Positions 29,801-39,623 of a DNA stretch of 64,000 nucleotides are shown here, one piece after another (position 1 is the first letter of the stretch; every line of letters starts with the position of its first letter). Origin of the DNA: Candidatus Aminicenantes bacterium (GTDB taxonomy: Bacteria; Acidobacteriota; Aminicenantia; UBA2199). The stretch is from positions 5,639 through 69,638 of the forward strand of contig JAFGNX010000116.1 of NCBI GenBank assembly GCA_016926835.1, in the 5' to 3' direction. The notes beneath the pieces are model-generated. The model did not search any database. It worked only from the letters and a program-made list of their open reading frames with translations, and was not told the origin of the DNA. The position numbers were made by a program, and so were the translations under genes.

Positions 29801-29949
29801 GTGGTGATCACGGATACATATGGAGTTTCCATGTCGGGCAGCATATCCAGCCCCAGATTGTTGAATGCGATGAAACCGAATATCACGATCACCGCCACCA
29901 CCATGGAAACGGTGACACGCCGTCTGAGAGAAAACTCGACAATTTTCAT
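26845..29949 (-). CDS. RND efflux pump inner-membrane transporter (AcrB/CzcA family)
   Basis: 1034 aa, 12-TM RND architecture with two large periplasmic loops. Confidence 0.9.
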   Translation of the reverse strand: MKIVEFSLRRRVTVSMVVAVIVIFGFIAFNNLGLDMLPDMETPYVSVITTYTGVSSEDIEESITRPLEQWVSTVSNVKELDSISQEGVSMIMVEFESGTNLDFAAQDVRDKIGLFENYLPDGADQPMVVKFNFADMPIMMYGITGGKRDLRDLKDYIDDEVATRLERLEGVASAIVFSSEELEVRVNVDKGKLESRGLSITQVERAVQASNINLPSGYIDERHGEFLIRTIGEFEKTSEIGNIVVGAGRRGEPIFLHDIATVAETNKEIRNLVRVQGTKGVHLIITKSSGGNTVLVARRVKDALEKIRPTLDPDLEFSVGMDFSRIIEIMTEKSANNILVGGVLAMLLIFLFLRNLRPTIAIGIAIPLSVVSTFIALYLSGFTLNLITLGGLALGVGMLVDNAVVVIENIFRHLEMGKTPFESARIGTSEVGTAIIASTLTTIAVFFPMALAKGMSGDMSRELAVAVAFSLLSSLFVALTIIPMLASWLFKTKKGDGKKVTDLGRKRFAGARKWYRARLEWALGHRRTVMISVLAIFVLSLVLAANLGGEFMPQSDRAMIFLKLRMPVGTNLAETDRVIRYLEKQSLKDPNVLSTMISVGMSAENAQDSASGFNPAGSYEATLWAYLKTSSQRDITDQQILEEWRRHFPEMEKGRIQAVDIASASMGQSSASPIEFAFFGRDLETLESIADRVADSIKKVKGIRDVETSLDERKPEIRLVLRKEELSRLGLTPYDISSQVRTMTIGTVVSRMHLKGEERDIRVRIREEDRATVEQLRRLPIMTPTGHKVYLGQVADFVRTTGAVRIDRENQVRKVSVTAGYVDRDLTSVVDDIMAAASPVTESMPEGYFYEMGGQYKEMMESFATMLLALLLAVVLVYAVMASQFESLKYPFIIMFTIPPAFIGVVVFLALTGKNVSLPAIMGFVMLAGIVVNNGIVMVDYINQLIRAGGSALGSIIEGAVVRLRPILITALSTMLGMLPMALATTEGAEMRSPMAIALIGGLLASTLLTLFLVPILYTYFSRVPKAEINTLRN

Positions 29950-29951
29950 GG

Positions 29952-31028
29952 TTAATTTCCCTTGGAGCGGATCGAGGCGCCGTCCTTCAGATCGTAGTTG
30001 CCCTCCACCACCACCTGGACCCCCTCTTCGATGCCGCTGAGTACCTCGAACAGGGTATCATTGCTCTGTCCCACTTCCACCCGCGTAACCCGGGCGCGGC
30101 CATTGTCGTAAACAACCACCCGGTCTTCGCCGATCAACGCGGAAATGGGTAGTACGAGAACACCTTCGTCCCTGGCTATCTCAACGGCAACGTCCGCGTA
30201 CACGCCGGCCTTGATTTTAAATTCCGGGTTGTCCACCCGCACTTCTACCTGGAAGGTCTTGGAGGCCGTATCCGCGGCCAGGGTCTTGCTGTATACCGCG
30301 CCGGGAAACGTCCGGCCGGCAAGTGTGCTGACTTTCACCGAGCAAGGCATACCAACGGAAATTTTTTCGATATCCTCGGCCGCAACGTCGATTCTCACTT
30401 TGACACGGCCCAGGTCCATGAGGGTCAGGACACCGGGTCCCGCCCCCATCGCGGGATTGATCATGTCGCCTTCATCCAGGTGGCGGGCGGTGATGATGCC
30501 GTCAAATGGAGCACTCATGCGGGCTGATTTCAGATGGTGACGGATAATGTTTAAATTGGCGTCGGCACTCTGTTTCTGGGTCAACGCGGATTCCAGCGCA
30601 AGTTCGGCTTTTTCCAGCTGCATGCTGGAAACGGCGTTGCGTTCATGCAGGTTGCGCATGCGCCCGGCATTGACGCGGGCATCTTTCAATGCCGCATCAG
30701 CCACGGCCGCGGCGGCGACAGCCTGCTTCTGCTGGAGCTCCAGGCTGGTTGTATCCAATTCCGCCAGGAGTTGGCCGCGCTGAACCATATCGCCCTGTTT
30801 GACCAGGATGCGTTGCACCCGTCCGGAGACATCGGGAATAATGCCGGCCTGCTTCCAGGGCAAGACTGTTCCGGTATAGTTCAGCACCCGGGTGAACACG
30901 CCTTTCTTTACCGGGGCTACCGCCACGTTGATGGCCAGTTTCTCCGGTCCCGATTGATCCTGCTTATCAGGACCGCAGGCTGCGGCCAAAAGCGCCGCGG
31001 CCACAACCATTATCATGAGTTTTTTCAT
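29952..31028 (-). CDS. RND efflux membrane fusion protein (AcrA/HlyD family)
   Basis: 358 aa lipoprotein-like N-terminus (AAACGP), biotinyl-lipoyl and beta-barrel MFP domains; coupled to RND gene. Confidence 0.85.
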   Translation of the reverse strand: MKKLMIMVVAAALLAAACGPDKQDQSGPEKLAINVAVAPVKKGVFTRVLNYTGTVLPWKQAGIIPDVSGRVQRILVKQGDMVQRGQLLAELDTTSLELQQKQAVAAAAVADAALKDARVNAGRMRNLHERNAVSSMQLEKAELALESALTQKQSADANLNIIRHHLKSARMSAPFDGIITARHLDEGDMINPAMGAGPGVLTLMDLGRVKVRIDVAAEDIEKISVGMPCSVKVSTLAGRTFPGAVYSKTLAADTASKTFQVEVRVDNPEFKIKAGVYADVAVEIARDEGVLVLPISALIGEDRVVVYDNGRARVTRVEVGQSNDTLFEVLSGIEEGVQVVVEGNYDLKDGASIRSKGN

Positions 31029-32362
31029 TGATCTCCTCCGTTGAGACGAACTCCCGTCAGTTTTTCCAGTTCAGCCGCCGCAACCGTGTAGTTGTATATC
31101 GCCTGCAAGCGGGCGACTTTCGTCTGGGTCAGGCTGTTGTAGGATGCATTCAGTTCCAGGATCGTAATCATCCCCTCTTCGTAATTCAACTCGGCGATAC
31201 GCACACCCTCCTGTGCGGTTTCGACGCTTTGTTCCGCGCTGAGAATATTCTGGTATTCCTGCTCCAGGGTTAAGCACAGGTTCTGGATCTGAATCCGGGT
31301 GGCTTCATCCAGTTCCTCCGCCTGCATGCGCAGGGTCTTGTTCAGCACCCGCAATTCCCCAACCTGGCCACTGCGCTTCAATCCCGTGAAAATCGGCAGG
31401 CTGATTGAAAGGTTGATGGTGTAATAATCATTCCAGTTTCCCTCGACAAAGCGGAACGCATTGGAACGGTAGTTATACTGGGCCACAATGGATAAGTCAG
31501 GCAGATAAGCCGCATAGGCCATTTTCAGCAGATTGGCCGCCTTGCGGCGCTCCAGCTCCATTTGGCGGATTTCGGAACGGTTTTCCAAAGCCGCCTGGAC
31601 CAACTGCGACATATCCAAACTGATTCTTTGATAGTCCAATTCTCCCACGGTCCGCACTTCTGTTCCCGGCGCGAGGCCCACCGCGTGCCGCAGATTCTCA
31701 CGGGTAAGCCGGATCAACTTACGCACATTGAGCAGGTCCGGCTCCGTAGAGCGGAGATTGAGTTGCGCGCGCAACAGGTCATACCGTGAAACCATTCCCA
31801 ATTCGTTTCTGGCGGTCACGTTTTTCAGGTTTCTTTGGGCCAATTCACGCGCTTCCCTGTGGGCTTTTTCCAACTCCTTCAGCACCAGCAGGTTGTGAAA
31901 CGTCTTGGTGACATTCACCACCAGTTCATCCCGCCCGGCCTTTACTTTCTCTTTGGACATTTCGACATCCAGGCGGGCGTTCCGAAACGCATGCCAGATC
32001 TTGCCCCCGGTAAATACGGGTTGCACGATCTGAAACGTAAACTCGTAATCCATGGTAAAGTCCAGAGTGACCTCAGTGGGATCTCCGCCGGGAACCATGG
32101 ATGGCATCTCCAGCACCATCAGTTTTTCGTCCAGGTTCTTTGAACCGGACAAATTCACTTTCGGCAAAAAACCCAGGTTCTGACGCAGGCGGAACTTGGC
32201 CATGCGCACTTCCTGGCGTTGAATCTCAAACCCGGTATTGCTTTCGAGGGCCATGCTCAAGGCCTGGTCCAATGTCAACTCCACGGGAACATCGTCGGCC
32301 CTGACCGGCCCGGTAAATACGGCAACTATCATCAACAGCCATAGCCATCGTTTCATGTCCAC
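31025..32362 (-). CDS. TolC-family outer membrane efflux protein
   Basis: 445 aa, signal peptide, two tandem OEP repeats with coiled-coil segments; 4-nt overlap with MFP gene. Confidence 0.8.
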   Translation of the reverse strand: MDMKRWLWLLMIVAVFTGPVRADDVPVELTLDQALSMALESNTGFEIQRQEVRMAKFRLRQNLGFLPKVNLSGSKNLDEKLMVLEMPSMVPGGDPTEVTLDFTMDYEFTFQIVQPVFTGGKIWHAFRNARLDVEMSKEKVKAGRDELVVNVTKTFHNLLVLKELEKAHREARELAQRNLKNVTARNELGMVSRYDLLRAQLNLRSTEPDLLNVRKLIRLTRENLRHAVGLAPGTEVRTVGELDYQRISLDMSQLVQAALENRSEIRQMELERRKAANLLKMAYAAYLPDLSIVAQYNYRSNAFRFVEGNWNDYYTINLSISLPIFTGLKRSGQVGELRVLNKTLRMQAEELDEATRIQIQNLCLTLEQEYQNILSAEQSVETAQEGVRIAELNYEEGMITILELNASYNSLTQTKVARLQAIYNYTVAAAELEKLTGVRLNGGDQ

Positions 32363-32376
32363 CTCCTCAATTGCCT

Positions 32377-33024
32377 TTATTCTGAATCTGTTTCGCGATT
32401 TCCGGATTCACGCAACTGCCGGCCGATCAAGCCGAAGCAAAAGATGTCGACAACGGTAGCGACCGCTTTCCGGTGCTTATCCTCATGCCAATCGCCCATT
32501 ACCTGGCTCAGGTTGACCTGGCTGAGCATGCCGATATAGATATCCGCAATCAATTCCGGATTGAAATGACGAGGAAACTCCCCCGCCTGCCGGGCGCTGC
32601 GGAAAAAATTCAGAATCGCCTGGTGGGCTTCCCCCTGCCAGAAAGGCAATTTGCGTTCACTTCCGTCTTTCTGGCATTGGTCAAGCAACTCAACGATCAG
32701 GCGACGTTCTGACATCATGATGCGGACCAGGCCTTGCTGTCGGAAAAAGACCTGAGCCATATCCTGTGACATCTTGTTCAGTCGCAACCGGAAATCATCA
32801 CTGAAATTCCCGATATAAGGGCGAATCAGTTCCGCTACCCCGGCATGCAGGTCTTCCAGCACGGCTATGAATATTTCCTGTTTGCCGGAAAAGTAGTTGT
32901 ACAACGTGGGTTTGGACACCTCTGCCGCGGCCGCGATATCATCGACTGTGGCATTGGCAAACCCCTTTTCCTGAAACACATCCCGTGCCCGGGATAATAT
33001 AAACGCGCGCACTGCTTGCTTCAT
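32377..33024 (-). CDS. TetR/AcrR family transcriptional repressor
   Basis: N-terminal HTH FQEKGFANATVDDIAAAAEVSKPTLYNYF; heads efflux operon. Confidence 0.85.
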   Translation of the reverse strand: MKQAVRAFILSRARDVFQEKGFANATVDDIAAAAEVSKPTLYNYFSGKQEIFIAVLEDLHAGVAELIRPYIGNFSDDFRLRLNKMSQDMAQVFFRQQGLVRIMMSERRLIVELLDQCQKDGSERKLPFWQGEAHQAILNFFRSARQAGEFPRHFNPELIADIYIGMLSQVNLSQVMGDWHEDKHRKAVATVVDIFCFGLIGRQLRESGNRETDSE

Positions 33025-33028
33025 TGAT

Positions 33029-33043
33029 TTTTACCTACGGTAA
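33029..33043. promoter_or_regulatory. Inverted repeat TTTACC-TAC-GGTAAA, putative TetR operator
   Basis: Perfect 6-3-6 palindrome 5 nt upstream of tetR start codon. Confidence 0.4.
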
Positions 33044-33296
33044 ACAATTTGAACTGCCAGTAAATATTACGCCGTTTTTCTACCACCGTCAATAGCCCGA
33101 TTCATTTTTACGCAGATTTCGCATTGGTGGTTCCGCAGGAATGGCGAATTTAAAAAAAAGCAAAAAAACTTTTTGCCGGGATTTTGAGTATAACCCGTAG
33201 TTGAAAGGGATTCGAAAACCAGTCCCGGTGCATCGGTTGCAGATTTGTCCATATCCGTAACGGCCGGGATGGTTTCCCGATTTAAAAGGAGATTAC

Positions 33297-34976
33297 ATGA
33301 AACGAGGCGTTTTAATCCTGATACTGGTGCTGGTCCTGATATTCGCCGCGATCGCCCTGATTGGTGGTTATATCTATATGCAGTTCACCCGTGAACCGGA
33401 TATCCCTGAAAATGCCCTGCTTGTTCTGCCCGTTTCAGGTCCAGTCTCCGACCTGGAAACCTCTCCTGTTACAAACAAAACCACCATCAAGGACATCTTT
33501 TTTCACCTGCAACGTGCCAAAACAGACAAGCGCGTTCAGGGTCTACTGCTGAAAATTTCTTGGATTCAGGCCGGGCCGGCCGTCATCGAAGAATTGGGAC
33601 TGCTGATCCGTGATTTTCGTGAGTCGGGCAAACCCGTGCACGCATTTATTGAAGACGGGGGGTTAAACGAATACCTGTTGGCGACTTACGCCCAATCCAT
33701 CACAGCCATGCCCGGATCCGACCTGTTCCTCAAACACTACGCTTCCGAAGCCCTTTTTCTGCGGGGAACCCTGGATAAGTTGGGTATCGAAGCGGAATTC
33801 TATCACATCGGCGAATACAAGACCGGCGCCAGCATCTACACGCGCGACGACATGAGCCCTGAACACAAGGAATCGCTCTCCACTCTGCTCCGGGATATCA
33901 CGGATCACGCCATCCGGACCATTGCGCACAACCGCAAAATGGACGCGAACAAGGTCAGGTTCTTGATCGATAATTTTTTCATGTCAAACGAAACCTATCA
34001 GAAAGAAGGGTTACTCGATTCCATCGGCTACGCGGATGAAATTTTTCCCCACACCGATTCTTCCCTGAAGCCATTGCCGTTTTTACGGTATGCGCAAACC
34101 TCACGGCCGGATCCTTTCCCCGGGCCTGCCCGTATCGCCCTGCTTTTTGCAAGCGGTGAGATCCATGCGGGCGGCAGCGGCGGCCCTTCCATGTTTGGAA
34201 ACCCGGTCCTGGGATCGGATGATTTGACCGCGCAGATCCGTTCCATTCGGCGCCGGAATGATATCAAAGCGGTTGTGCTGCGCATCGACAGCCCGGGGGG
34301 ATCGGCCACGGCTTCCGAAGCCATACGCCATGAATTGGAATTGTTGGAAAAGCAAAAGCCCCTTGTGGTCAGCATGGGCTCTCTGGCCGCATCCGGGGGA
34401 TACTGGATTTCCACCTCCGCAAGGCACATTGTCAGCTTGAACACGACATTAACCGGATCCATCGGGGTGTTGGGAGGCAAATTCGTAAACCGTGGTTTTT
34501 ACGACAAAATCGGCTTGAGAAAAGAACTGGTGGAAAGCGGTGATTTTGCCGGCATGTTTTCAGATATCCGCCCCTTTACCTCCGAGGAGCGTCAACGCTT
34601 CCAATCCCTGCTGCAACGTACATACGCCCGTTTTGTGGGCCTGGTATCCAGAAGCCGGGAGTTGACCCGGGACCAGACCGAAGCGGCTGCCCGCGGCCGG
34701 GTATGGTCCGGTTTCCGGGCCGTTCAACTGGGTCTGGTGGATCAACACGGCGGCCTGTTGGATGCCCTGGCCGCCGCCCGCCGTCTGGCCGGTTTTGCCG
34801 ATAAAGAACCCGCCGGATTGGTGATTCTCCCAAAGCGCAAGTCCATTCTGGACGTCCTGATCGGCATGACCTCCGGGGTGGATATGATGGAAAATCCCAA
34901 ACTGGAAACCCTGCTCCAGAAATTCAACCGCGTTTTTCCCGCTGCCATCATGCCCTTTCGTGTCCGTTTTCAATGA
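33297..34976 (+). CDS. sppA: Signal peptide peptidase SppA (protease IV, 67K two-domain type)
   Basis: 559 aa, N-terminal TM, two S49 ClpP-like domains; RBS AAAGGAG. Confidence 0.8.
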   Translation: MKRGVLILILVLVLIFAAIALIGGYIYMQFTREPDIPENALLVLPVSGPVSDLETSPVTNKTTIKDIFFHLQRAKTDKRVQGLLLKISWIQAGPAVIEELGLLIRDFRESGKPVHAFIEDGGLNEYLLATYAQSITAMPGSDLFLKHYASEALFLRGTLDKLGIEAEFYHIGEYKTGASIYTRDDMSPEHKESLSTLLRDITDHAIRTIAHNRKMDANKVRFLIDNFFMSNETYQKEGLLDSIGYADEIFPHTDSSLKPLPFLRYAQTSRPDPFPGPARIALLFASGEIHAGGSGGPSMFGNPVLGSDDLTAQIRSIRRRNDIKAVVLRIDSPGGSATASEAIRHELELLEKQKPLVVSMGSLAASGGYWISTSARHIVSLNTTLTGSIGVLGGKFVNRGFYDKIGLRKELVESGDFAGMFSDIRPFTSEERQRFQSLLQRTYARFVGLVSRSRELTRDQTEAAARGRVWSGFRAVQLGLVDQHGGLLDALAAARRLAGFADKEPAGLVILPKRKSILDVLIGMTSGVDMMENPKLETLLQKFNRVFPAAIMPFRVRFQ

Positions 34977-35631
34977 ACTTTTCATGATGGAGACTTCTCC
35001 TTTACGCCAAACCAGGGTATGGCCGCTTTCGCGGCTGAGCTCTTTCAGCTGGCGCCGCCGCCTGCGGCGATTGCTGGCTGAGGGCGGTCTGGTGGTCTAT
35101 CCAACCGACACCCTGTACGGCATGGGCGGAGATTTCAACAATCCCGGCCTGCATCGCCGCATCGACAACATCAAGGGTCGCAGCCATAAACCCTACTCCG
35201 TGGCGGTATGGGACATAGATGCTGTCAGGGAGTTCACCTCTTTCCTGCCCGCGTGGCTGAACCACAATGCCGGGCGTATTTTTCCCGGACCCTTTACCGT
35301 GATCCTGCCCGCCAATCCCAGCCTCAATCGGGACCTGCTTCACGGTGCCGATACCATCGGCCTGCGCATCCCTTCCCACCCGTTCTTCCAGAAAACACTG
35401 ACGGAAATCCGGATTCCCCTGATCACCACTTCCATCAATCGATCCGGGTCTGCGCCGCTTTCAGACCCAGAAGAGATCCTGGAACAATTTCCGCAAACCG
35501 ATCTGCTGATCGATGCCGGACGCCTGCCCCCATCCCGGGGATCGACCATTCTGGATCTGTCGGTATCCCCCATACGGATTCTGCGCCGGGGAGATGGCGC
35601 GGAACTGTTGCGGGATCTTGGAATCGATTAA
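34960..35631 (+). CDS. tsaC: L-threonylcarbamoyladenylate synthase TsaC/YrdC
   Basis: YrdC fold motifs VYPTDTLYGMG, KGRSHKPYSV, IRIPSHP; overlaps sppA end. Confidence 0.8.
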   Translation: MSVFNELFMMETSPLRQTRVWPLSRLSSFSWRRRLRRLLAEGGLVVYPTDTLYGMGGDFNNPGLHRRIDNIKGRSHKPYSVAVWDIDAVREFTSFLPAWLNHNAGRIFPGPFTVILPANPSLNRDLLHGADTIGLRIPSHPFFQKTLTEIRIPLITTSINRSGSAPLSDPEEILEQFPQTDLLIDAGRLPPSRGSTILDLSVSPIRILRRGDGAELLRDLGID

Positions 35632-35638
35632 ACGCGTT

Positions 35639-36487
35639 TCATGGCTTGGGGTTCTTCTTCCGCCGCCACGGCATCAGCATCAGGATAATCCCGATGGCTC
35701 CCATTATCAGGCAAAGCGCCTGCCCCATGGTAAGGGATCCCAGCACAAACCCGAGGTGGGCGTCTGGTTCGCGCACGTACTCAATCAGGAAACGGAAAAC
35801 GGCGTAACCGACCAGATAGACTCCCAATAAGCGTCCGGGACGGCTTGCACGCCGGCGCAACCACCAGATCAGGAAAAACAATACAATGCCTTCGAACAGG
35901 GCTTCGTACAATTGTGAAGGATGGCGCAGCGCCGAGCCCGGGGCTTCGGGAAAAGACATGCCCCAGGGCATTCGGGTCACTCGACCGTAAAGTTCTCCAT
36001 TCAGAAAATTGCCCAGGCGCCCGAAAGTGTAACCCAAGGGAACGCTGCTGGCCAGCAGATCGCCAAAGGAAAGGATTTCGATTCCCCGCTTGTGGCAGAA
36101 CCACAATGTAACCAGTGCAACGGCCAGGGCTCCGCCATGAAAAGACATGCCCCGGAAACCGGTGAAATGGATTCCCTGTTCAGTTGAAAACGGCAGAATA
36201 ATGGCCAGGGGATGGTTCAGAAAGTAACCCAGATCATAAAACAGCACATACCCCAGGCGGCCGCCGATCAGTACGGCCAGAATCGCCCAGAACATGTAAT
36301 CGTTTACCTGGGGCATCGTGACATCCACTTCACCCCGCTTTACCCTGAAACGGATCACAAGCCAGGTAACGGCGAAGGCCACCAGATACATCAAACCGTA
36401 GTAACGGATCTCGAAACCTCCGATGCTCATCAGCACTGGATCGATCTGATGTGGAATCTGCTGCCACCATTGCCAGAAAGTCGTCAT
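35639..36487 (-). CDS. lgt: Prolipoprotein diacylglyceryl transferase
   Basis: Lgt signature G(G)RLGYVLFY... and 7-TM layout; 282 aa. Confidence 0.85.
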   Translation of the reverse strand: MTTFWQWWQQIPHQIDPVLMSIGGFEIRYYGLMYLVAFAVTWLVIRFRVKRGEVDVTMPQVNDYMFWAILAVLIGGRLGYVLFYDLGYFLNHPLAIILPFSTEQGIHFTGFRGMSFHGGALAVALVTLWFCHKRGIEILSFGDLLASSVPLGYTFGRLGNFLNGELYGRVTRMPWGMSFPEAPGSALRHPSQLYEALFEGIVLFFLIWWLRRRASRPGRLLGVYLVGYAVFRFLIEYVREPDAHLGFVLGSLTMGQALCLIMGAIGIILMLMPWRRKKNPKP

Positions 36488-36834
36488 TTTTCCACCTCTG
36501 TGCGCGGGACTCTGTTTCCCCTGTCTTTTTGTTTTTCTTCCGGCACAACCACGATTACTTTTTCATCTTTTTTCATCAGCCAGAGTTTTTCGCGTGCGAC
36601 GGCTTCGAGAGAACGTGGATCCCGACTCAGTTGCTCGATTTCTCTTTCCAATTCGTTTTTTCGCTGCTCCAGGGCAACGATGCGCTTTTCCAATTCTTCG
36701 ATGCGTTTCTGTGCCTGGACAATTTCGATAATGCCGCTGTCTCCAAAAAAGAAAGTCAGTATCAAAATAAACAACAGCAGGATCAAGAGCAGCAGAAAGG
36801 CCTTGGAACGAACAAAAACGCCTTTGTCAGCCAA
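36484..36834 (-). CDS. ftsB: Septum formation initiator FtsB/DivIC-like
   Basis: 116 aa: TM helix then coiled coil (RIEELEKRIVALEQRKNELEREIEQL) then beta region. Confidence 0.7.
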   Translation of the reverse strand: MADKGVFVRSKAFLLLLILLLFILILTFFFGDSGIIEIVQAQKRIEELEKRIVALEQRKNELEREIEQLSRDPRSLEAVAREKLWLMKKDEKVIVVVPEEKQKDRGNRVPRTEVEK

Positions 36835-38230
36835 GAATCCTCCTGCCCTGCCGAATCAGTTCCCGGGTCTTGCGGCGACTGGTTGATTCCGCATAAATTC
36901 GCATCACTTTCCGGGTTCCAGAGGGGCGGATCAGCAACCACTCATCCGGGCCGATCCACTTCACACCATCGTCCAATTGCAACTTACCGGGGCTGAATCC
37001 CGGATCAACCCCATCGGGATTTTCCTCCAGTTCAAGCAGGCGTTCTTTGCGGGCCGCAGTGGCACCCAGAGAGATTTCATGCGCGAACAAAACCGGGAAA
37101 CGCCTGTTAAAATCACCGGCCAACTGCCCCAGGTCTTTGCCCTCACGCGCCATCATCTCCACTATCAGCAAGTTAAAGAGGATGCCGTCCTTGATGATGG
37201 CTCTGCCCCTGAGGGCGGCGCCGTTGGTACTCTCAACGCCGATAAACGCATCTCTTTTGCCCATCATATCCGAGATGTATTTAAAACCGACCGGGGTATG
37301 GTACACCTTGCACCCGTGATACTGGGCCACATGGGCGATGTTGCGGGTACTCGAAATCGATTTAACCACGCCGCCCCGCATTCCCCGCACCTTCACCAGG
37401 TAATCGATCAGCAGGGGGATTACGTGGTTGGCGTCCACAAAACGTCCACGACTGTCAATGATGCCAAACCGGTCACCGTCGATATCCGTGGCCAATCCCA
37501 CCTGCGCCCGTGTTTCCTGAACCATGCGGGACAGGTCTTTCAGTGTTTTTCCCGAACAATAAGGAATCACCTGGCCGTGAGCTGCGTACGGATAACTGTG
37601 AATGCAATCAACGGCAACGCCGTTGGACAGGAACAGTTCGTCCAGAAACTCCCTTGATGCGCCAAAGAGGTTGTCAACAACAATCTTGAATCTCGCTTTG
37701 CGGATCACATCGAAATCAATCTGCGCGGCAACCATTTTTAAATAAGACTCTTTGGGTTGAATTTCCCGGATGCGCGAGTTGTCCGCATACTGGCGGGGAG
37801 GATCCCAGTCCTCAGGAAGACAATTGATTTCCTGTTCGATCAGTGCGGTGGTGGACGGCAGGGCCGGCCCCCCCCTGGCGTTGAACACCTTGATACCGTT
37901 GAACACCGGTGGGTTAAAGCTGGCGGTAAACGCCACGCCTCCATCCATTTCTTTATCCACAATCGCCAGGGAAGCCGCCGCCAGTGGTACATCTCGCGGA
38001 GGAACCATACTGACTACACCCAGAAGGGAAAAAATGCGTGCGGTTTCCATGGCGAAACGGCGCGACAGGATGCGGGTGTCGTGGTTGATGAAAACCCGGG
38101 GTTCCCGGATCCGCAAGCGTCGGGTGAGGAAACGGGCATAGGCGGTTGCAAAGCGCCGCACGTTACGGAACGAGAATTCCCGGCCCATCCGTCCCCGCCA
38201 TCCATCAGTGCCGAAACGGATCTCGGACAT
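36827..38230 (-). CDS. Phosphoglucomutase/phosphomannomutase family (alpha-D-phosphohexomutase)
   Basis: RFGTDGWRG N-terminal motif, active-site serine loop and sugar-binding domains; ATG at 38230 (MSEIRFGTDGWRG) preferred over longer track ORF. Confidence 0.8.
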   Translation of the reverse strand: MSEIRFGTDGWRGRMGREFSFRNVRRFATAYARFLTRRLRIREPRVFINHDTRILSRRFAMETARIFSLLGVVSMVPPRDVPLAAASLAIVDKEMDGGVAFTASFNPPVFNGIKVFNARGGPALPSTTALIEQEINCLPEDWDPPRQYADNSRIREIQPKESYLKMVAAQIDFDVIRKARFKIVVDNLFGASREFLDELFLSNGVAVDCIHSYPYAAHGQVIPYCSGKTLKDLSRMVQETRAQVGLATDIDGDRFGIIDSRGRFVDANHVIPLLIDYLVKVRGMRGGVVKSISSTRNIAHVAQYHGCKVYHTPVGFKYISDMMGKRDAFIGVESTNGAALRGRAIIKDGILFNLLIVEMMAREGKDLGQLAGDFNRRFPVLFAHEISLGATAARKERLLELEENPDGVDPGFSPGKLQLDDGVKWIGPDEWLLIRPSGTRKVMRIYAESTSRRKTRELIRQGRRILG

Positions 38231-38276
38231 AGACCCAATGTACCACATGCCATGCGGGCTTACAAATGCTGCACGT

Positions 38277-39620
38277 TTAAAACGGCAACAAAGAATCCCA
38301 CCCGTTGGGCAAAGCTTTGGCCACATCGTTTAGAATCACAAACACCATCAATGCAATCAAAAGGATGAACCCTCCAGTGATCAACCCTTCTTTCAGGCGT
38401 ACACTGAAATCGCGGCGCAAAATCGCTTCCAGGGTAAAAATCATCAGATGACCTCCATCCAGGGCGGGAATGGGAAAAAGGTTGACGATACCCAGTTGCA
38501 AAGAAATAAAGGCCACCAGCATGAAAAAACTGGATAACCCCGATGACAGCGCGCGACTGGAAAAACGGGCGATCTCAATCGGGCCTGACAGGTTTTTGGG
38601 AGAGAGACGGCCAACAACCATTTTCCGAAAGGCATCAAATGTCAGGGTGGTGAGCCGTACCAGTTCCCTGGCTGAACGGGACATGGCCGCCAGGGGGCCG
38701 AAGTAGCGCTTAACCGACAACGAATACGGTTTCATGGCGATACCGATGCGATACCGTTCCTCCTTCTCAACTTTCTCAGGGATCACCACTGCTTTCAAAT
38801 GTTCCTGATCCCGCTGGATAGTCAAATGCATGGGTGTTTTTCCGGCTCGCTGAATGCGTTCCGGCAGTTCAAAGTAGTTGACGGCCTGGTCATCCACGGC
38901 CAGAATGAGGTCTCCGGCACGAATTCCGGCTTGTTCCGCCGGGCTTCCGGGCTCCACGCTTTCAATCATGGTACGGAACTCAGGGTGAAGGCCCGCGTAT
39001 CCCAGGGAATACTCCGTAATCGATGAAATCCGCATGCGGGTTTCCATCACTTGCCGACCGCGCCTGAATTTTACCGCGACAGACTGATCCGGGTTGGCGC
39101 CGATGGCGTATTCCAGTTGCTGCCAATTGTTGATTTCGCGCCCGTCCACCGCCAGGATGAGATCACCGGGTTTCAGTCCGGCATCAGCAGCCGGAGATGA
39201 TTTCTGGACGTAGTCGATAACCGGGGGCTGCTGATGATATCGCTCCACGTTGACTCCTGTCATGAAAATCAGCGCCAGGATCACAAACGCAAGCAGGATG
39301 TTCATGCCCGGTCCCATGAGCAGGATGAAAATCCGCTGTGCCCGGTTTTTGGCATAGAATTCATCCGGCTTTAAATCCGCGGGATCGTAACTCTCTTCAC
39401 CCGCCATTTTTACGTACCCGCCCAAGGGAATGGCGCTGAGCCGGAATTCCGTGCCCCCCTTGCCCATCCTGCGCCCAAACAGGCGCTTGCCGAATCCGAA
39501 TGAAAAGGTTTCCACGCGCACACCCATCAGGCGGGCGGCCGCAAAATGACCGAACTCGTGAACCAGCACGATAATGCCAAACATCAACAGAAACGCAAAT
39601 ACCTGGTACACTATACTCAT
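38277..39620 (-). CDS. rseP: RIP metalloprotease RseP (site-2 protease, M50) with two PDZ domains
   Basis: HEFGHF zinc motif in TM1, two PDZ, LDGG motif. Confidence 0.9.
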   Translation of the reverse strand: MSIVYQVFAFLLMFGIIVLVHEFGHFAAARLMGVRVETFSFGFGKRLFGRRMGKGGTEFRLSAIPLGGYVKMAGEESYDPADLKPDEFYAKNRAQRIFILLMGPGMNILLAFVILALIFMTGVNVERYHQQPPVIDYVQKSSPAADAGLKPGDLILAVDGREINNWQQLEYAIGANPDQSVAVKFRRGRQVMETRMRISSITEYSLGYAGLHPEFRTMIESVEPGSPAEQAGIRAGDLILAVDDQAVNYFELPERIQRAGKTPMHLTIQRDQEHLKAVVIPEKVEKEERYRIGIAMKPYSLSVKRYFGPLAAMSRSARELVRLTTLTFDAFRKMVVGRLSPKNLSGPIEIARFSSRALSSGLSSFFMLVAFISLQLGIVNLFPIPALDGGHLMIFTLEAILRRDFSVRLKEGLITGGFILLIALMVFVILNDVAKALPNGWDSLLPF

Positions 39621-39623
39621 GAA

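Noticed and set aside
33067-33252. 61-aa minus-strand ORF in the tetR-sppA intergenic region
   Set aside because: No RBS and no similarity; more likely part of the sppA leader/promoter region.
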